A program made the translations under genes and the position numbers. Positions 21,978 through 34,118 of a stretch of DNA of 64,000 nt are shown here, piece by piece. Position 1 is the stretch's first letter; each line of letters begins with the position of its first letter. Under the pieces are notes generated by a model. The model saw nothing but the letters and a program-made list of their open reading frames with translations, was not told the DNA's origin and did no database searches. This DNA comes from Octopus sinensis. Taxonomy: Eukaryota. The stretch spans positions 1-64,000 of the forward strand of contig NW_021832435.1 in assembly GCF_006345805.1 (NCBI RefSeq), written 5' to 3'.

Positions 21978-23262
21978 GCTGCTGCTGCTGCTGTTGTTCT
22001 TATTGCATGAGAGAGCAGTGCATGCCATCAAAGTGACACTGGGGTAAAATATACGAAGCCCAGTATACCCATCATGATTACCCGTCTGATGATTGTACAC
22101 CAGGTACATGCATCACAAGCATGTGCGCGTAACATGGTGATCTCATATCAAGATAAACAGCACATGACCTTGCAGGTGGGGCCCAGTGAGAATTTTCTTC
22201 TGGTCGAGTAGCCCATCCCGCCCAAAAGCTTCCTGAATAAGGATTGTTTAAGGATGTTGAAAGAACCACCCATGGTTCCAAAGGTTAATTATCCAAACCT
22301 CTAAGAATTCCTTTCAACACACGGCTATGATGCTCTGCCTCTACTTCTGCTCATGATCAGAGATGCACATATCGTCAGCCACCAAGGGACATGCTCAACT
22401 GGTTAAGGTCAAACAACTGACAAACAAATCTGTGATATTGAGCAGAATATTTGCTGTAGCCCATCTTTTATACTAAGACAAAACAATGTACATGATAACA
22501 CTTCCAATCAGTTAAGATCAGGAGCCACTGCCTGGCAGTGGCTCTCGTGGCTTCTTATCTTAATCGACTGCTCCACAATCCCCCAAAATTTCGGCCCTTG
22601 TGCCTAGAGTAGAAAAGAGTAATATAACCTTTATACTTCCTATAAAAATATTAAATAATTTATAACAAATACATAAAAATAAATCAAGATCTACAACAAT
22701 ATAAAACAAATATATCAAAAAATCCAACATGTATGAAATCACAATTTTTTTAAAATTAAACCAGTCAAATTAAAATATATGTATGACCCCTAACAGCTTG
22801 AATTAGCTTATTTTATTAAATAAACACATTAACATAATTTATGTATCTTTTGTGTCTGGGGAGAGTCATTCTGTTTTGATGCCTTATTAATTAACATGTT
22901 CACTATCCATCTTTAAATCTGCAATTTATCATTGTTTTTAAATATGAAAATAATGGGAAAGCAAAATGCTTATAAATAGATTTACAATCTACCATCTTAA
23001 AACTTCGACCATCTTCCATCAGAATTTATACAACATTATTTATTATAGGTCTTGATAACTTACTGTTTGGAAATCGAGCAGAGAGAAAGGGCTCCAGACT
23101 CGTCTGGTGTTTAAATTGTAATTTCAAATTGTAAATTCTAACAATTGTAGGTTTTTGACACAAAATGAGAAATCGTAATTAAATCGTGAAAATTCATGGA
23201 CGTTTGAACGATGTTCTTACACCATTGCTTTTCTTCGTGTAATCGGTATGTAGGACTCTGCA

Positions 23263-23676
23263 GGGCGGTGAGCTGGCAGAATCGTTAGCACGCCGGACGC
23301 TTAGCAGTATTTCCTCTGTCGTTAGGTTCTGAGTTCAAATTCCGCCGAGGTCGACTTTGCCTTTTATCTTTTCGGGTTCGATAAATTAAGTACCAGTTAC
23401 GCACTGGGGTTGATGTAATCGACTTAATATCTATGTCTGTCCTTGTTTGTCCTCTCTATGTTTAGCCCCTTGTGCGTAATAAAGAAATAGGTATTTCGTC
23501 TGATGCTACGTTCTGAGTTCAAATTCCGCCGAGGTCGACTTTGCCTTTCATCCTTTCGGGGTCGATTAAATAAGTACCAGTAACGTACTGAGGTCGATAT
23601 AATCGACTTAATCCGTTTGTCTGTCCTTGTTTGTCCTCTCTGTGTTTAGCCCCTTGTGGGTAGTAAAGAAATAGGC
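23263..23676 (+). mobile_element. SINE-B dimer inside a single ~15-bp TSD
   Basis: Monomer 1 gggcggtgagctggcagaatcg...aaagaaatagg; monomer 2 starts at tatttcgtctg; flanks atgtaggactctgca (23248-62) / atgtaggagtgtgca (23677-91). Confidence 0.85.
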
Positions 23677-23896
23677 ATGTAGGAGTGTGCAACGTTTGTT
23701 AAAATTCATTTTTGGAGCCCCGGATTGCAGTTGCAGGAAGGCCTGCAAGTTGCAAGAAAATTACCCGGGGAAGTATTGTAGAGGTTTATCGCCTCCAATT
23801 TGTGTATAAATTGTGTTTATATTTATATGGACTTTTTAATCCAAATATATTGTATTTTAAATTGTAAGAGGGTTAATACTTCTGTATATGTGCTTT

Positions 23897-24271
23897 AGGG
23901 GGCGCAATGGCCCAGTGGTTAGGGCGGCGGACTCGCGGTTTCGATTCCCAGACCGGGCGTTGTGAGTGTTTATTGAGTGAAAACACCTAAAAGCTCCACG
24001 AGGCTCCGGCAGGGGATGGTGGTGATCCCTGCTGTACTCTTTCACCACAACTTTCTCTCACTCTTACTTCCTGTTTCTGTTGTACCTGTATTTCAAGGGG
24101 CCGGCCTTGTCACTCTCTGTGTCACGCTGAATATCTCCGAGAACTACGTTAAGGGTGCACGTGTCTGTGGAGTGCTCAGCCACTTACACGTTAATTTCAC
24201 GAGCAGGCTGTTCCGTTGATTTGGATCAACCGGAACCCTCATCGTCGTAACCGACGGAGTGCTTCCATCCC
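23897..24271 (+). mobile_element. SINE-C (module C1), 11-bp TSD
   Basis: A box tggcccagtgg, B-box-like ggtttcgattcc; TSD atatgtgcttt at 23886-96 and 24272-82. Confidence 0.9.
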
Positions 24272-24502
24272 ATATGTGCTTTTAAAGAACAATGTTTTAG
24301 AAAAGCAGAGGGTCGGCGGGCGATTTCTATCTTCTCCCATCTTCATCATTTTTGTACCATAATCATTCGCCTCATCAATGTCTGTGTCCAGCCCACAAAG
24401 CTACCTTATCTATGTGCTGCCTACATGGCAAATTTAATGAATAAATTTAGGAGTGTGCAAGCAGCAGTGATCCGTCCCAGATGTAGAAGCAATACACCTA
24501 TA

Positions 24503-24913
24503 CTCTCTCTTTTACTCTTTTACTTGTTTCAGTCATTTGACTGCGGCCATGCTGGAGCACCGCCCTTTAGTCGAGCGACTCGACCCCGGGACTTATTCTT
24601 TGTAAGCCCAGTACTTATTCTATCAGTCTCTTTTGCCGAACCACTAAGTAACGGGGACATAAACACACCAGCATCGGTTGTCAAGCAATGCTAGGGGGAC
24701 AAACACACACACACAAACACACACACGCACATATATATATACATATATACGACAGGCTTCTTTCAGTTTCCGTCTACCAAATCCACTCACAAGGCATTGG
24801 TCGGCCCGGGGCTATAGCAGAAGACACTTGCCCAAGGTGCCACGCAGTGGGACTGAACCTGCAACCATCTGGTTGGTTAGCAAGCTACTTACCACACAGC
24901 CACTCCTGCGCCT
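24503..24913 (-). mobile_element. SINE-A, full length
   Basis: Matches the family from tail to head (cactcctgcgcct). Confidence 0.9.
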
Positions 24914-25082
24914 ATGTGGGTTTTGCTTCAGTTTGTTTTAGTATAGAGTCTGCAACAGGGAAAACCTCCAGAAACTGACCAAACGTTTTCTGGACCAAAA
25001 GATGGGGACTAGTTTTCAGGATGCAACTTTAGCAAATCTTAAAGATAGCGTGTTCGCACTAAGATATGTATAGGTATATCTA

Positions 25083-25129
<47 letters not shown>

Positions 25130-25333
25130 TAATAATAATGATAATTTATTAACTAAATGATAATGTATTGACTAAAGAAAATAGTCTAATATTGGGGCAT
25201 ATAAGCCCTCGACGGACAAAAGTGAGTTTTCTGTACGCATGGGAGTCGATCACCTCTTATATTCGTGACAAGTGTGTTAATCATTACATCAACGTATACA
25301 CTAGTTCTGAGCGGATTAATTTATTGCTCACAG

Positions 25334-25491
25334 CACTAGCGTAGCTTGAGTGTGTGCCGCCCGGGGCGGCCCTTCCGTTTGCTGCCCCCGGACCCTACAA
25401 AAAAAACCATAATGTCTACAGCAGACCCAAAAGTGCCGCCTCTTTAAAAGTACCACCCGGGGCGGACTGCCCCTCCCTAGCTACGCTAGTG
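25334..25491. mobile_element. 158-bp MITE, perfect 13-bp TIR, 8-bp TSD (hAT/P-type)
   Basis: cactagcgtagct ... agctacgctagtg; flanks gctcacag at 25326-33 and 25492-99; internal cccggggcgg twice. Confidence 0.9.
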
Positions 25492-25779
25492 GCTCACAGC
25501 TTTGGTTTCCTTGCTCATATTGAAGAAATTGAAAGGTTACAAATAGCGTTCACTAGCAAAATAACTTCGGTATAAAGCAGGGGCTGACAAGCCTCTTTCG
25601 GGCCGGATTGACCTTTGGTGACATGCTGGCGGGCCGGATGGTCATATGTGGTCTTCATGTATACCATTGACCATTCACTTACAGTAGAACAATTTTGAGT
25701 TTTATTATTACTCTTACTAAGTTAACGTCGTAGTTTTAACCGTTTCCGTTCATGCACCTTGCTCTCTTTCAAATTGTCT

Positions 25780-25930
25780 TCATTGGCTCAAAATTCGTCA
25801 ATGAAAAACTTGTAGTGACGCCATCTTGGAAATCTCCAGCACGCATGCGCAGAGTTGGATTCTTCCGGGAGGCCTGCCGGAAATTCCCTCATACGCATGC
25901 GCAGAAAACTAGCAGCAGCGAAATTCCCTC
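25780..25930. promoter_or_regulatory. Cluster of housekeeping-promoter-type motifs (CCAAT, YY1, 2x NRF1-like, ETS)
   Basis: attgg 25782-86; cgccatctt 25819-27; acgcatgcgca 25841-51 and 25893-903; cttccgg 25862-68; ccggaaat 25877-84. Confidence 0.4.
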
Positions 25931-26082
25931 GTATCGTTCTCTCGAACGCCGGCAGCCGAACAGGACAGTCGTGGTTTTATCAGCCCTCTCAAGCTGGCGT
26001 ATCTCTGCTTTGCTTGAACGGACAGGATTTGGCTCATCCCACTTGACTACTGCATTAAGCTCCTGGGCTGCCGATTCGCCCA

Positions 26083-26327
26083 GAAGGCGGCGAGCTGGCA
26101 GAAACGTTAGCATGCCGGACGAAATGCGTAGCCGTATTTCGTATGACGTTACGTTCTGAGTTCAAATTCCGCCGAGGTCGACTTTGCCTTTTATCCTTTC
26201 GGGGTCGATAAATAAAGTACCAGTTTCGCACTGGGGTCGATGTAATCGACTTAATCCGTTTGTCTGTCCTTGTTTGTCCCCTCTTTGTGTAGCCCCTTGT
26301 GGGTAGTAAAGAAATATATATATATTG
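26083..26327 (+). mobile_element. SINE-B monomer
   Basis: ggcggcgagctggcagaaacgttagc ... gtgggtagtaaagaaat. Confidence 0.9.
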
Positions 26328-26569
26328 CGAATCAAGAAATAAATATTCAGACTGTTGAAGTTAATCAGAAGTCTTGACTCTTTCCTTCGATTAATGCGTA
26401 ACGTAGAGGATGCGAGCTGCACCCTTCCAGTGCGGGGACCTCTCACCCTGTTACAAACTATTGACACATCAACGAACATAAAGGGGCTAAGAGCATTCAA
26501 ATGCCCTATTGCGGTACTTTACATGACTTCAAATGTATTTGTCTCGAAAAGTTCATATCGCAACTTCAT

Positions 26570-26781
26570 ATCTCTTTTACTCTTTTACTTGTTTCAGTCA
26601 TTTGACTACGGCCATGCTGGAGCACCGCCTTTAGTCGAGCAACTCGACCCCGGGACTTATTCTTTGTAAGCCCAGTACTTATTCTATCGGTCTCTTTTTG
26701 CCGAACCGCAAAGTGACGGGGACGTAAACACACCAGCATCGGTTGTCAAGCAATGCTAGGGGGACAAACACAGACACACAA

Positions 26782-26812
<31 letters not shown>

Positions 26813-26886
26813 CGACAGGCTTCTTTCAGTTTCCGTCTACCAAATCCACTCAGAAGACAGTGGGACTGAACCCGGAATCATGTGGT
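26570..26886 (-). mobile_element. SINE-A with internal deletion
   Basis: The CORE-like segment is missing between aaatccactca and gtgggactgaacc. Confidence 0.85.
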
Positions 26887-27431
26887 TGGTTAGCCAGCTA
26901 CTTACCACACAGCCACTCCTGCGCCTATTGATTATTTTTGTATTTTGTGCTATCAAGGCCTGTGGTGGGGTTCTACTGTCAGACAACTCAATAGGTATTG
27001 AGCGAGAATCTGTATGGTCGTTTTTCGCACGGTCATGCAATGTTATTACTGTCAATTAAATCTAAAAACTAAGGTGTTGAGAGAGAAATGTTAATGAAAG
27101 TTATTCAGGACCTGTCGAAAATGCTCTGTGTGCCGGATTAAAATGCTCGGCGGGCCAAGTTTTACCGGCCCCTGTTTTTAAAACCTTAATTTCTGGGAAC
27201 GCCTAAAAGCTCTGCGTCTCTACTCTCTCGCACACCAAAGAGAGATATATACCATTAAAATTTGTATGGAAAATCCTGGAGGTGCATGTTCCAAACTTCG
27301 GCGTAAGAAAGAATTTTGGTACTTTTTGGCTATCTCACCCCCATTAAAATGTTGGGTTATGTCCCCTACCTAAAAAAATTGTTCAACCTTCAATAAAACA
27401 AAAAAAAACGGAAAAATTAATAAACATTAAC

Positions 27432-27826
27432 AGGCGAAGGAGTAGCTGTGTGGTAAGTAGCTTGCTTACGAGCTACATAGTTCCGGGTTCAGTCCCACTG
27501 CGTGGCACCTTGGGCAAGTGTCTTCTACTATAGCCTCGGGCCGACCAAAGCCTTGTGAGTTGATTTGGTAGACGGAAACTGAAAGAAGCCCGCCGTATAT
27601 ATGTATGTGTTTGTGTATATGTTTGTGTGTCTGTTTGTACCCCCAACATCGCTTGACAACCGATGCTGGTGTGTTTACGTCCCCGTAACTTAGCGGTTCG
27701 GCAAAAAGAGACCGATAGAATAAGTACTAGGCTTCCAAAGAGTAAGTCCTGGGGTCGATTTGCTCGACTAAAAAGGCGGTGCTCCAGCACGGCCACAGTC
27801 AAATGACTGAAACAAGTAAAACAGAA
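27432..27826 (+). mobile_element. SINE-A, full length
   Basis: aggcgaaggagtagctgtgtggtaag ... gactgaaacaagtaaaacag. Confidence 0.9.
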
Positions 27827-27859
27827 TAAATAGTGAAACAATGAAACTTTGTATTGAAT

Positions 27860-28286
27860 CTCTCTTTTCTCTTTTACTTGTTTCAGTCATTTGACTGCGG
27901 CCATGCTGGAGCACCGCCTTTTAGTCGAGCAAATCGACCCCGGTACTTATTCTTTGTAAGCCCAGTACTTATTCTATCGGTCTCTTTTTTGCCGAACCGC
28001 TAAGTTACGGGGACGTAAACACACCAGCATCGGTTGTCAAGCGATGTTGGGGGGGACAAACACAGACACACAAACATATACACACACATACATACATACA
28101 TATATATATATATACATATATACGACAGGCTTCTTTCAGTTTCTGTCTACCAAATCCACTCACAAGGCTTTGGTCGGCCCGAGGCTATAGCAGAAGACAC
28201 TTGCCCAAGATGCTACATAGTGGGACTGAAGCCGGAACCATGTGGTTGGTTAGCAAGCTACTTACCACACAGCCACTCCTGCGCCT
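27860..28286 (-). mobile_element. SINE-A, full length, tail-to-tail with the previous copy
   Basis: tctcttttctcttttacttg ... cactcctgcgcct. Confidence 0.9.
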
Positions 28287-28579
28287 GATAACATTTTTAT
28301 AACAAATCATACCCTGCCTATTGAAGGGACCAAAAGTTAACAATCTGTTGAAGTATTGAATCAAAAGGATCTAACTCTTTTAATCCAGTCTCTTCTCACC
28401 ACATAAACTCAATTTTTTTAGAGGGGAGATAACCCAGTTTTTTAATGGCAATTTTTTAATGGGGGTGAGATAACCAAACGGTACCAGAATTTTAATGCAT
28501 GAACTTGGCAGATACATCAGATTCCAATTATACCACGCTCGGAATCACGAATCAAAAACATTCTACTGTCACTAGTCTG

Positions 28580-28770
28580 ATATTTAGAGGTCCCCCCCTA
28601 CTGTTCAATTGGCTCCCTAAAGAAATGAGAAGCATAAAAAGGAACCTCTACTAAAACGAAACATTGGATAAACTTCTGATGCCGATATCGGACCAGCCAA
28701 CCATTATTCAAGGATATACGCAGGGTATATCAGCTGCTATAAAATCAATCATAGACCAGCCTCTAGTCAT
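28580..28770 (+). pseudogene. CR1/L2-group LINE ORF2 C-terminal relic
   Basis: RGP(fs)LFNWLPKEMRSIK...TLDKLLMPISDQPTIIQGYTQGISAAIKSIIDQ, same motif class as 9119-9316. Confidence 0.55.
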
Positions 28771-28789
28771 ATAATGAGGACAAAATCGA

Positions 28790-29157
28790 TAGAAGTAGCT
28801 TGCTAACCAACCATATGGTTCCGGGTTCAGTCCCACTGCGCGGCATCTTGCGCAAGTGTCTCTTCTGCTATAGCCCCGGGCCGACCAATGCCCTGTGAGT
28901 GGATTTGGTAGACGGAAACTGAAAGAAGCCTATCGTATTTACGCATATATATTTTTTTTCTCTCCTTCTTTCTGTGTTTTTTCTCTGTGTATCTTTCTGT
29001 TGAAGAGCGTAGGCTCGAAACGTTAAAGACTTGTTTTATTTATATTTCCTGAGCGCCATACTAATACAATTGTTTGTTTGTTTTCCACCTGCCTTCGTCT
29101 TTTGTTTATTTCCGTAAACCTGCCTTCGTCTTTTGTCTATTTTCATAAAGCTTGCCG

Positions 29158-29233
<76 letters not shown>

Positions 29234-29465
29234 AGGTATGTGTTTGTGTGCTTGTGTTTGTCTCCCTAGCATTGCTTGACAACCGATGCTGGTGTGTTTA
29301 CGTCCCCGTAACTTAGCGGTTCGGCAAAAGAGACCGATAGAATAAGTACTGGGCTTACAAAGAATAATAAGTCCCGGGGTCGATTTGCTCGACTAAAAGG
29401 CGGTGCTCCAGCATGGCCGCAGTCAAATGACTGAAACAAGTAAAAGAGTGAAAGAGAAAGAGAGA
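28790..29465 (+). mobile_element. SINE-A interrupted in its internal (TA)n by a mini-element
   Basis: 5' half 28790-28945 (…gaaagaagcctatcgta), insert 28950-29158, 3' half resumes after (TA)n(TG)n at tgtttgtctccctagcattgc. Confidence 0.85.
28950..29158 (+). mobile_element. TA-associated hammerhead-like mini-element (most complete copy)
   Basis: tcttt-CTGTTGA(28997-29003)-a-gagc-gtag-gctc-GAAAC-GTT-aaaga; 3' part matches 9722-9838. Confidence 0.7.
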
Positions 29466-30129
29466 GTAAAGAGTAAGGCGGTGCTCCAATATGGCCGCAG
29501 TTCTACCTACGACTGAAGCCATTAGAAGAATTTCTTTTGTCACCCGAATGAACTCAGGGACGCGCGGGAAAGTTTAGTGAGGCAAGAGAACTGAAGCAAC
29601 AGTTTCGAAAGAGATATATAACTCAGCATGTTTTAAGAAAGAGAGCTTGCTGTGAGAGTGGAAGAACGAACGAGAGAGAGAGAGAGATTATAATAGGTAC
29701 ATTCCAATGTTCTTTTCTTGAGCGTGGAACCCACGTGTGATGATTGCTAAAAGACTACAAACTTTTTGAGGATTACAACAACATGGCTTCCCCTCACCCC
29801 CGCTGCAAGCCTACTGTTTCTCCACTGAAAACCGGCTGCAATGCTGCTGACTGCTCAGGCGTTCACCGCGATACTTCTCGTCAGCAGTAGTAGCCGTGGC
29901 AGTGGCGGTAATAACTGCTGCTGCTGCTTAATGCTACTCTTTGCTACTACCTCTGTGTCAATAGTACTTTGTAAACCATGCTCTGATAGTTGTGAATCTC
30001 TTCCCACTACTCTCGCTATAGCTTATACCCTATCTCTTTGTATTTCTCTCTGTGTTTCCTTAATCTTTCTCTACTTTCTTCATTCTTCACCGTCTCCCTA
30101 TTTCTTTCTACTCCTCCTTGTCTTTTCGT

Positions 30130-30560
30130 TTACTTAATATCTCTCGTACACTTTCTCTCTCTCTCTCTTACATACATCTCTTCCCACTCCTCACAAAGGT
30201 TAACCTTTTACTCTCTTTCTCACTCTTTCCCTCTCACTTTCACCTTTAGGCTTTCTATTTTTACTCTTACACTCACTTTAATTCTCTCTCTCTCTCTCGT
30301 ACATACATACATCTCTTCCCACACCTCACATACTTTAACGTTTTACTCCCTCTCTTTCTTTCCCTCTGTTCACCACTCATACACTTTCTTTTCGTTTTAC
30401 TCTTACTCTCGCTTTTACTCTCTCTCTCCCTCTCTCTGTGTGATTTACATTCACCTCTTTCTTTGTTAGAGCACTCCGCCTTTCTTTATCACTCTATCTA
30501 TTACAATTCTTTTTACTCACTCTCTCGCATTAATCACTCCTTTTCTCTCTCTCTCTACCT
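30130..30560. repeat. CT-rich polypyrimidine low-complexity tract with degenerate ~120-bp duplication
   Basis: tacatacatctcttcccac...cttttactc occurs at ~30170 and ~30302. Confidence 0.6.
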
Positions 30561-32243
30561 TTAAACCCTCCCCCTCTCACTATAAAACTCTTCTATTCCT
30601 TCTTCTTTCTTCCTACTCACTGTCTTTCTGCATAAATACACATACATACCCACACACACACACATATATATATATACATAAATATACATACACACAAACA
30701 AACAACTGTACACACTCACATATAGATATATATATATATACATATATACACACGTATATCTTATATATTTGTTATTATTATTTACAAGTGACAATTGTGT
30801 GTGAATTACTGTGGAAAAAATACAACGGACGGATTTACAATTATAGTATACACACATAAAACTAAAAAACAATATATATATATATATATATACACATATA
30901 TATATATATATTGAAAATATTTGCTCAATACAGGTTAGTATATTTTCCAAAGTTGCTGTTTCTCTCTCCAGATGTCTAAATCTTAAACCATGTGTTTTCC
31001 TGTGTGTATAATACATATATAAATATATATATATATCTCAAACAGTAATTATAAATGCATGTGGCCAGTGCTTGTGTGTATAATATATATGTATATATGT
31101 ATGTATATATATATCTCAAACAGTAATTATATATGCATGTGGCCAGTGCTTGTCAATGTTTATATGACGTGTATAACACTAAATATATATACATAATATA
31201 CAATTAGTGTCTGTGTGATATTGACCATGTGTTCATATACACATAACTATATATATACGTCTGTAGTTATGTCTATATATATATATATATAATATACGTA
31301 AAGCTGTCGGTATATATCTATATATATTTACCTGGCCATGTGCGTTTGTGTGTATATATACACATATATATATATAACTGAGATGCGTACATCACTGTAT
31401 AAATATCTAATATTATGTTTTTGTGTCACTAAACTCTTAATAAATGTATAAAGGTAATGCACCTCTATTTCTCACGGTGTATGTATGCATATATGTGTGT
31501 ATATATGTAATTTTTGGCTGTCAGTATACGTGACTATACATGCATGTATGTGTTTATATATCGCAATGTATGTATAAATATTTACTGGTGATATTTCTAT
31601 GCATAACTATCTACGCGTATATACTATATATATATATATATAGATAGATAGTACTGTGTATCTTTGCGTACATTTATAGATACATCTTCCTTGTACGAGT
31701 GCGTGGTGTCCTCGTATATATATATGTGTATATATATATAGTGCCTTGTATATTTATACGTATGGTGTACTTCTGCTATATATGTATATGGCTGTGTTTA
31801 GAAATCTATTCATTTCAGGCTTTCATTTCTTCGTTCCTTCGTGTCAACATGTTCTTTCTATCTCTAAACCTCATCTCTTTACATACAATACATATATATA
31901 TATATACTTTTGTGGTGTATATTATGCGTTACGAATAACTCTACACACAGCATTGCCATGTGTGTATAATGCAAGAATGACATTACTTCACATTCTCTCT
32001 TTCACCCTTATTTATATTTATACATCACCCTCGTAAAAGCGAAACATCGAACCTTTTTTCCTTTATACGACATATTTCTTGTCCCCTCCGAAAACATTTT
32101 TTCTATAAGTATGTACACATTATTTTGCATGTTGATATTGATGGGGGTTGAGGCGGGAAGAACGTGGTTGCGAAGAAGATGCGTCAACTTGCATTCTTCC
32201 TCTCTGTTCCAAAGACAGACAGACTGACAAACCATATATACAC

Positions 32244-32280
<37 letters not shown>

Positions 32281-33849
32281 ATATACATACGTTGGGTCTT
32301 GAAGCAGATAAGCTATAGAAAAGTAGCGATAGCGTGTAAAAATTTGGTTAAAAAATAAACAACCCTCTAAATTGAAAAAGTCGAAGGGTTCCCGTGGGAT
32401 ACGAACCCACATTTCCTTTAAACACGACAGGTGTTACACACACCACACACACACACAGAGGGCGGTAGATGGTAGCACCATATAACTTGGTACAGAATTC
32501 TTGGCAATATGTGTTTTCTGCGTTCAAATCCCCCCTGAGGGTCAGGTCAACTTTCTGTTTTTCCGGGTTTCGATGTAAAAGAAGAAAAAAAAAAAAGGAA
32601 TAATAATAATATCGGTCGATATGATCAATAAGAAATCAGGTGCTGTTGCCGGAGCCACCTATAGCAGTCTGACGTGGTCCTCAGGTTCATTGTGGTCACT
32701 CTTGGTGCCAACCTATATTGGCTCCTTGTCCGATCTCTACACCGTTCTTGTGTCGCTTCACCGTGTTCTTTAAACAAAAAAAAACCCTCTTGAACGAAGC
32801 AAAAAGTTTCCAGGTGCAGATCCATTCTCTCACGAAACATACGAGATGGCAAAGAAAGAATATATATAAATATATATATATGTGTGTGTATATACACACA
32901 AAGATAGCAGTATGAAAGCAGGAAAGATAGAGAGAGAGAGAGAGAGAATTTGTTTTTATCTAAACCCCACCTCACCTTGTTTTCTTTGCCCTGCACATGG
33001 CGCGTACAATAGTTGTCTATATACGCGTGTATATATATATAATATATATATATATATTATATATATATATATATTATATATATAATCTGCTTGTTTGTAA
33101 ATGTGCCGAAAACGTTGGGTCCTTCAGTCGACAGCTGATGACGAGGGTGTCCCGCGATGCTAAGCTGCATGTATAAAGTACATACTATATATATATATAT
33201 ATAATATATATATATATATCGTGTGTGTATAAGTATTGCGATGACCTAATTACCAATATGTATAAGACATAAGTACCAAAATAACAATTTTTCTTTTTTG
33301 TTAACACAAGTCTCTCTCTGCTCATCTATATAACTTTTTGGAATTAACCCTTCCAAAGTTCTTACCACATACTGTGATTCTCTCTCTCTCTCTCTCTCTC
33401 TGTGTCTCTCTCATACACACGTACACCATTCTTCACATTAGCTATTTCTTCTTTCACAGTCAGTCTCTCTGTATATATATGTATATATATATATATATAT
33501 GTTTTTGACTTAATAACTTCTTTTTCTGCTTGTGAAAGTCTTTTTTATATATATATATATATATATATTTTGGTTTTCTTTCCCATTCTATTCTAGTTCG
33601 TGGCAGGGGCGAAGTAAGCATGGTATACGGGATGGGAGTGATGTTTGGGGGGTAGAAAGGCGAAAACACTATTCCGTAACTGATTTTTTCCCAGAACATG
33701 GCATCATACAAGATGACATAAAGTATAATAATGAAATGTAATTTGATACCTAATGTAGTTATAGTATATTCTACTATATCTACTAATGTACCAATACCGC
33801 GGGCCATATGTACGTACATATAAACACATACATGTGTATATATAAATAT

Positions 33850-34118
33850 ATATACTCTTTTATTTGTTTCAGTCATTTGGCTGCGGACATGCTGGAGCAC
33901 CGCCTTTGGTCGAACTAATCGACCCCCAGAACTTATTCTTTGTAAGCCTGGTACTTTATTCTATCGGATGCTTTTGCCGAACCGCTAGGTTACGGAGACG
34001 TAAACACCCCAACATCGGTTGTCAAGCGATAGTGGTGGTGATGGTAGTGGTGGCGGGGGAACAAACACAGACACACACATATACATAAATATATATACCA
34101 CACAGCCTCTCCTGCGCC
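33850..34118 (-). mobile_element. SINE-A, diverged, centre deleted
   Basis: Tail ctcttttatttgtttcagtc; head remnant ccacacagcctctcctgcgcct. Confidence 0.7.

Noticed and set aside
31030-31153. 46-bp direct repeat with 77-bp period
   Set aside because: Ordinary local slippage duplication within TA-rich DNA.
32384-32445. tRNA gene on minus strand (gtggg-ttcgtat-cccac T-arm followed by a T run)
   Set aside because: No 5' acceptor strand or proper D/anticodon arms; at most a decayed tRNA-derived head.
32625-32996. 123-aa minus-strand ORF and UPRE-like tgacgtgg / CCAAT motifs
   Set aside because: ORF starts in microsatellites and has no recognisable domain; motif spacing does not match ERSE.
33100-33165. 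ctgatgacg as a hammerhead core
   Set aside because: No downstream GAAA box with compatible stems.
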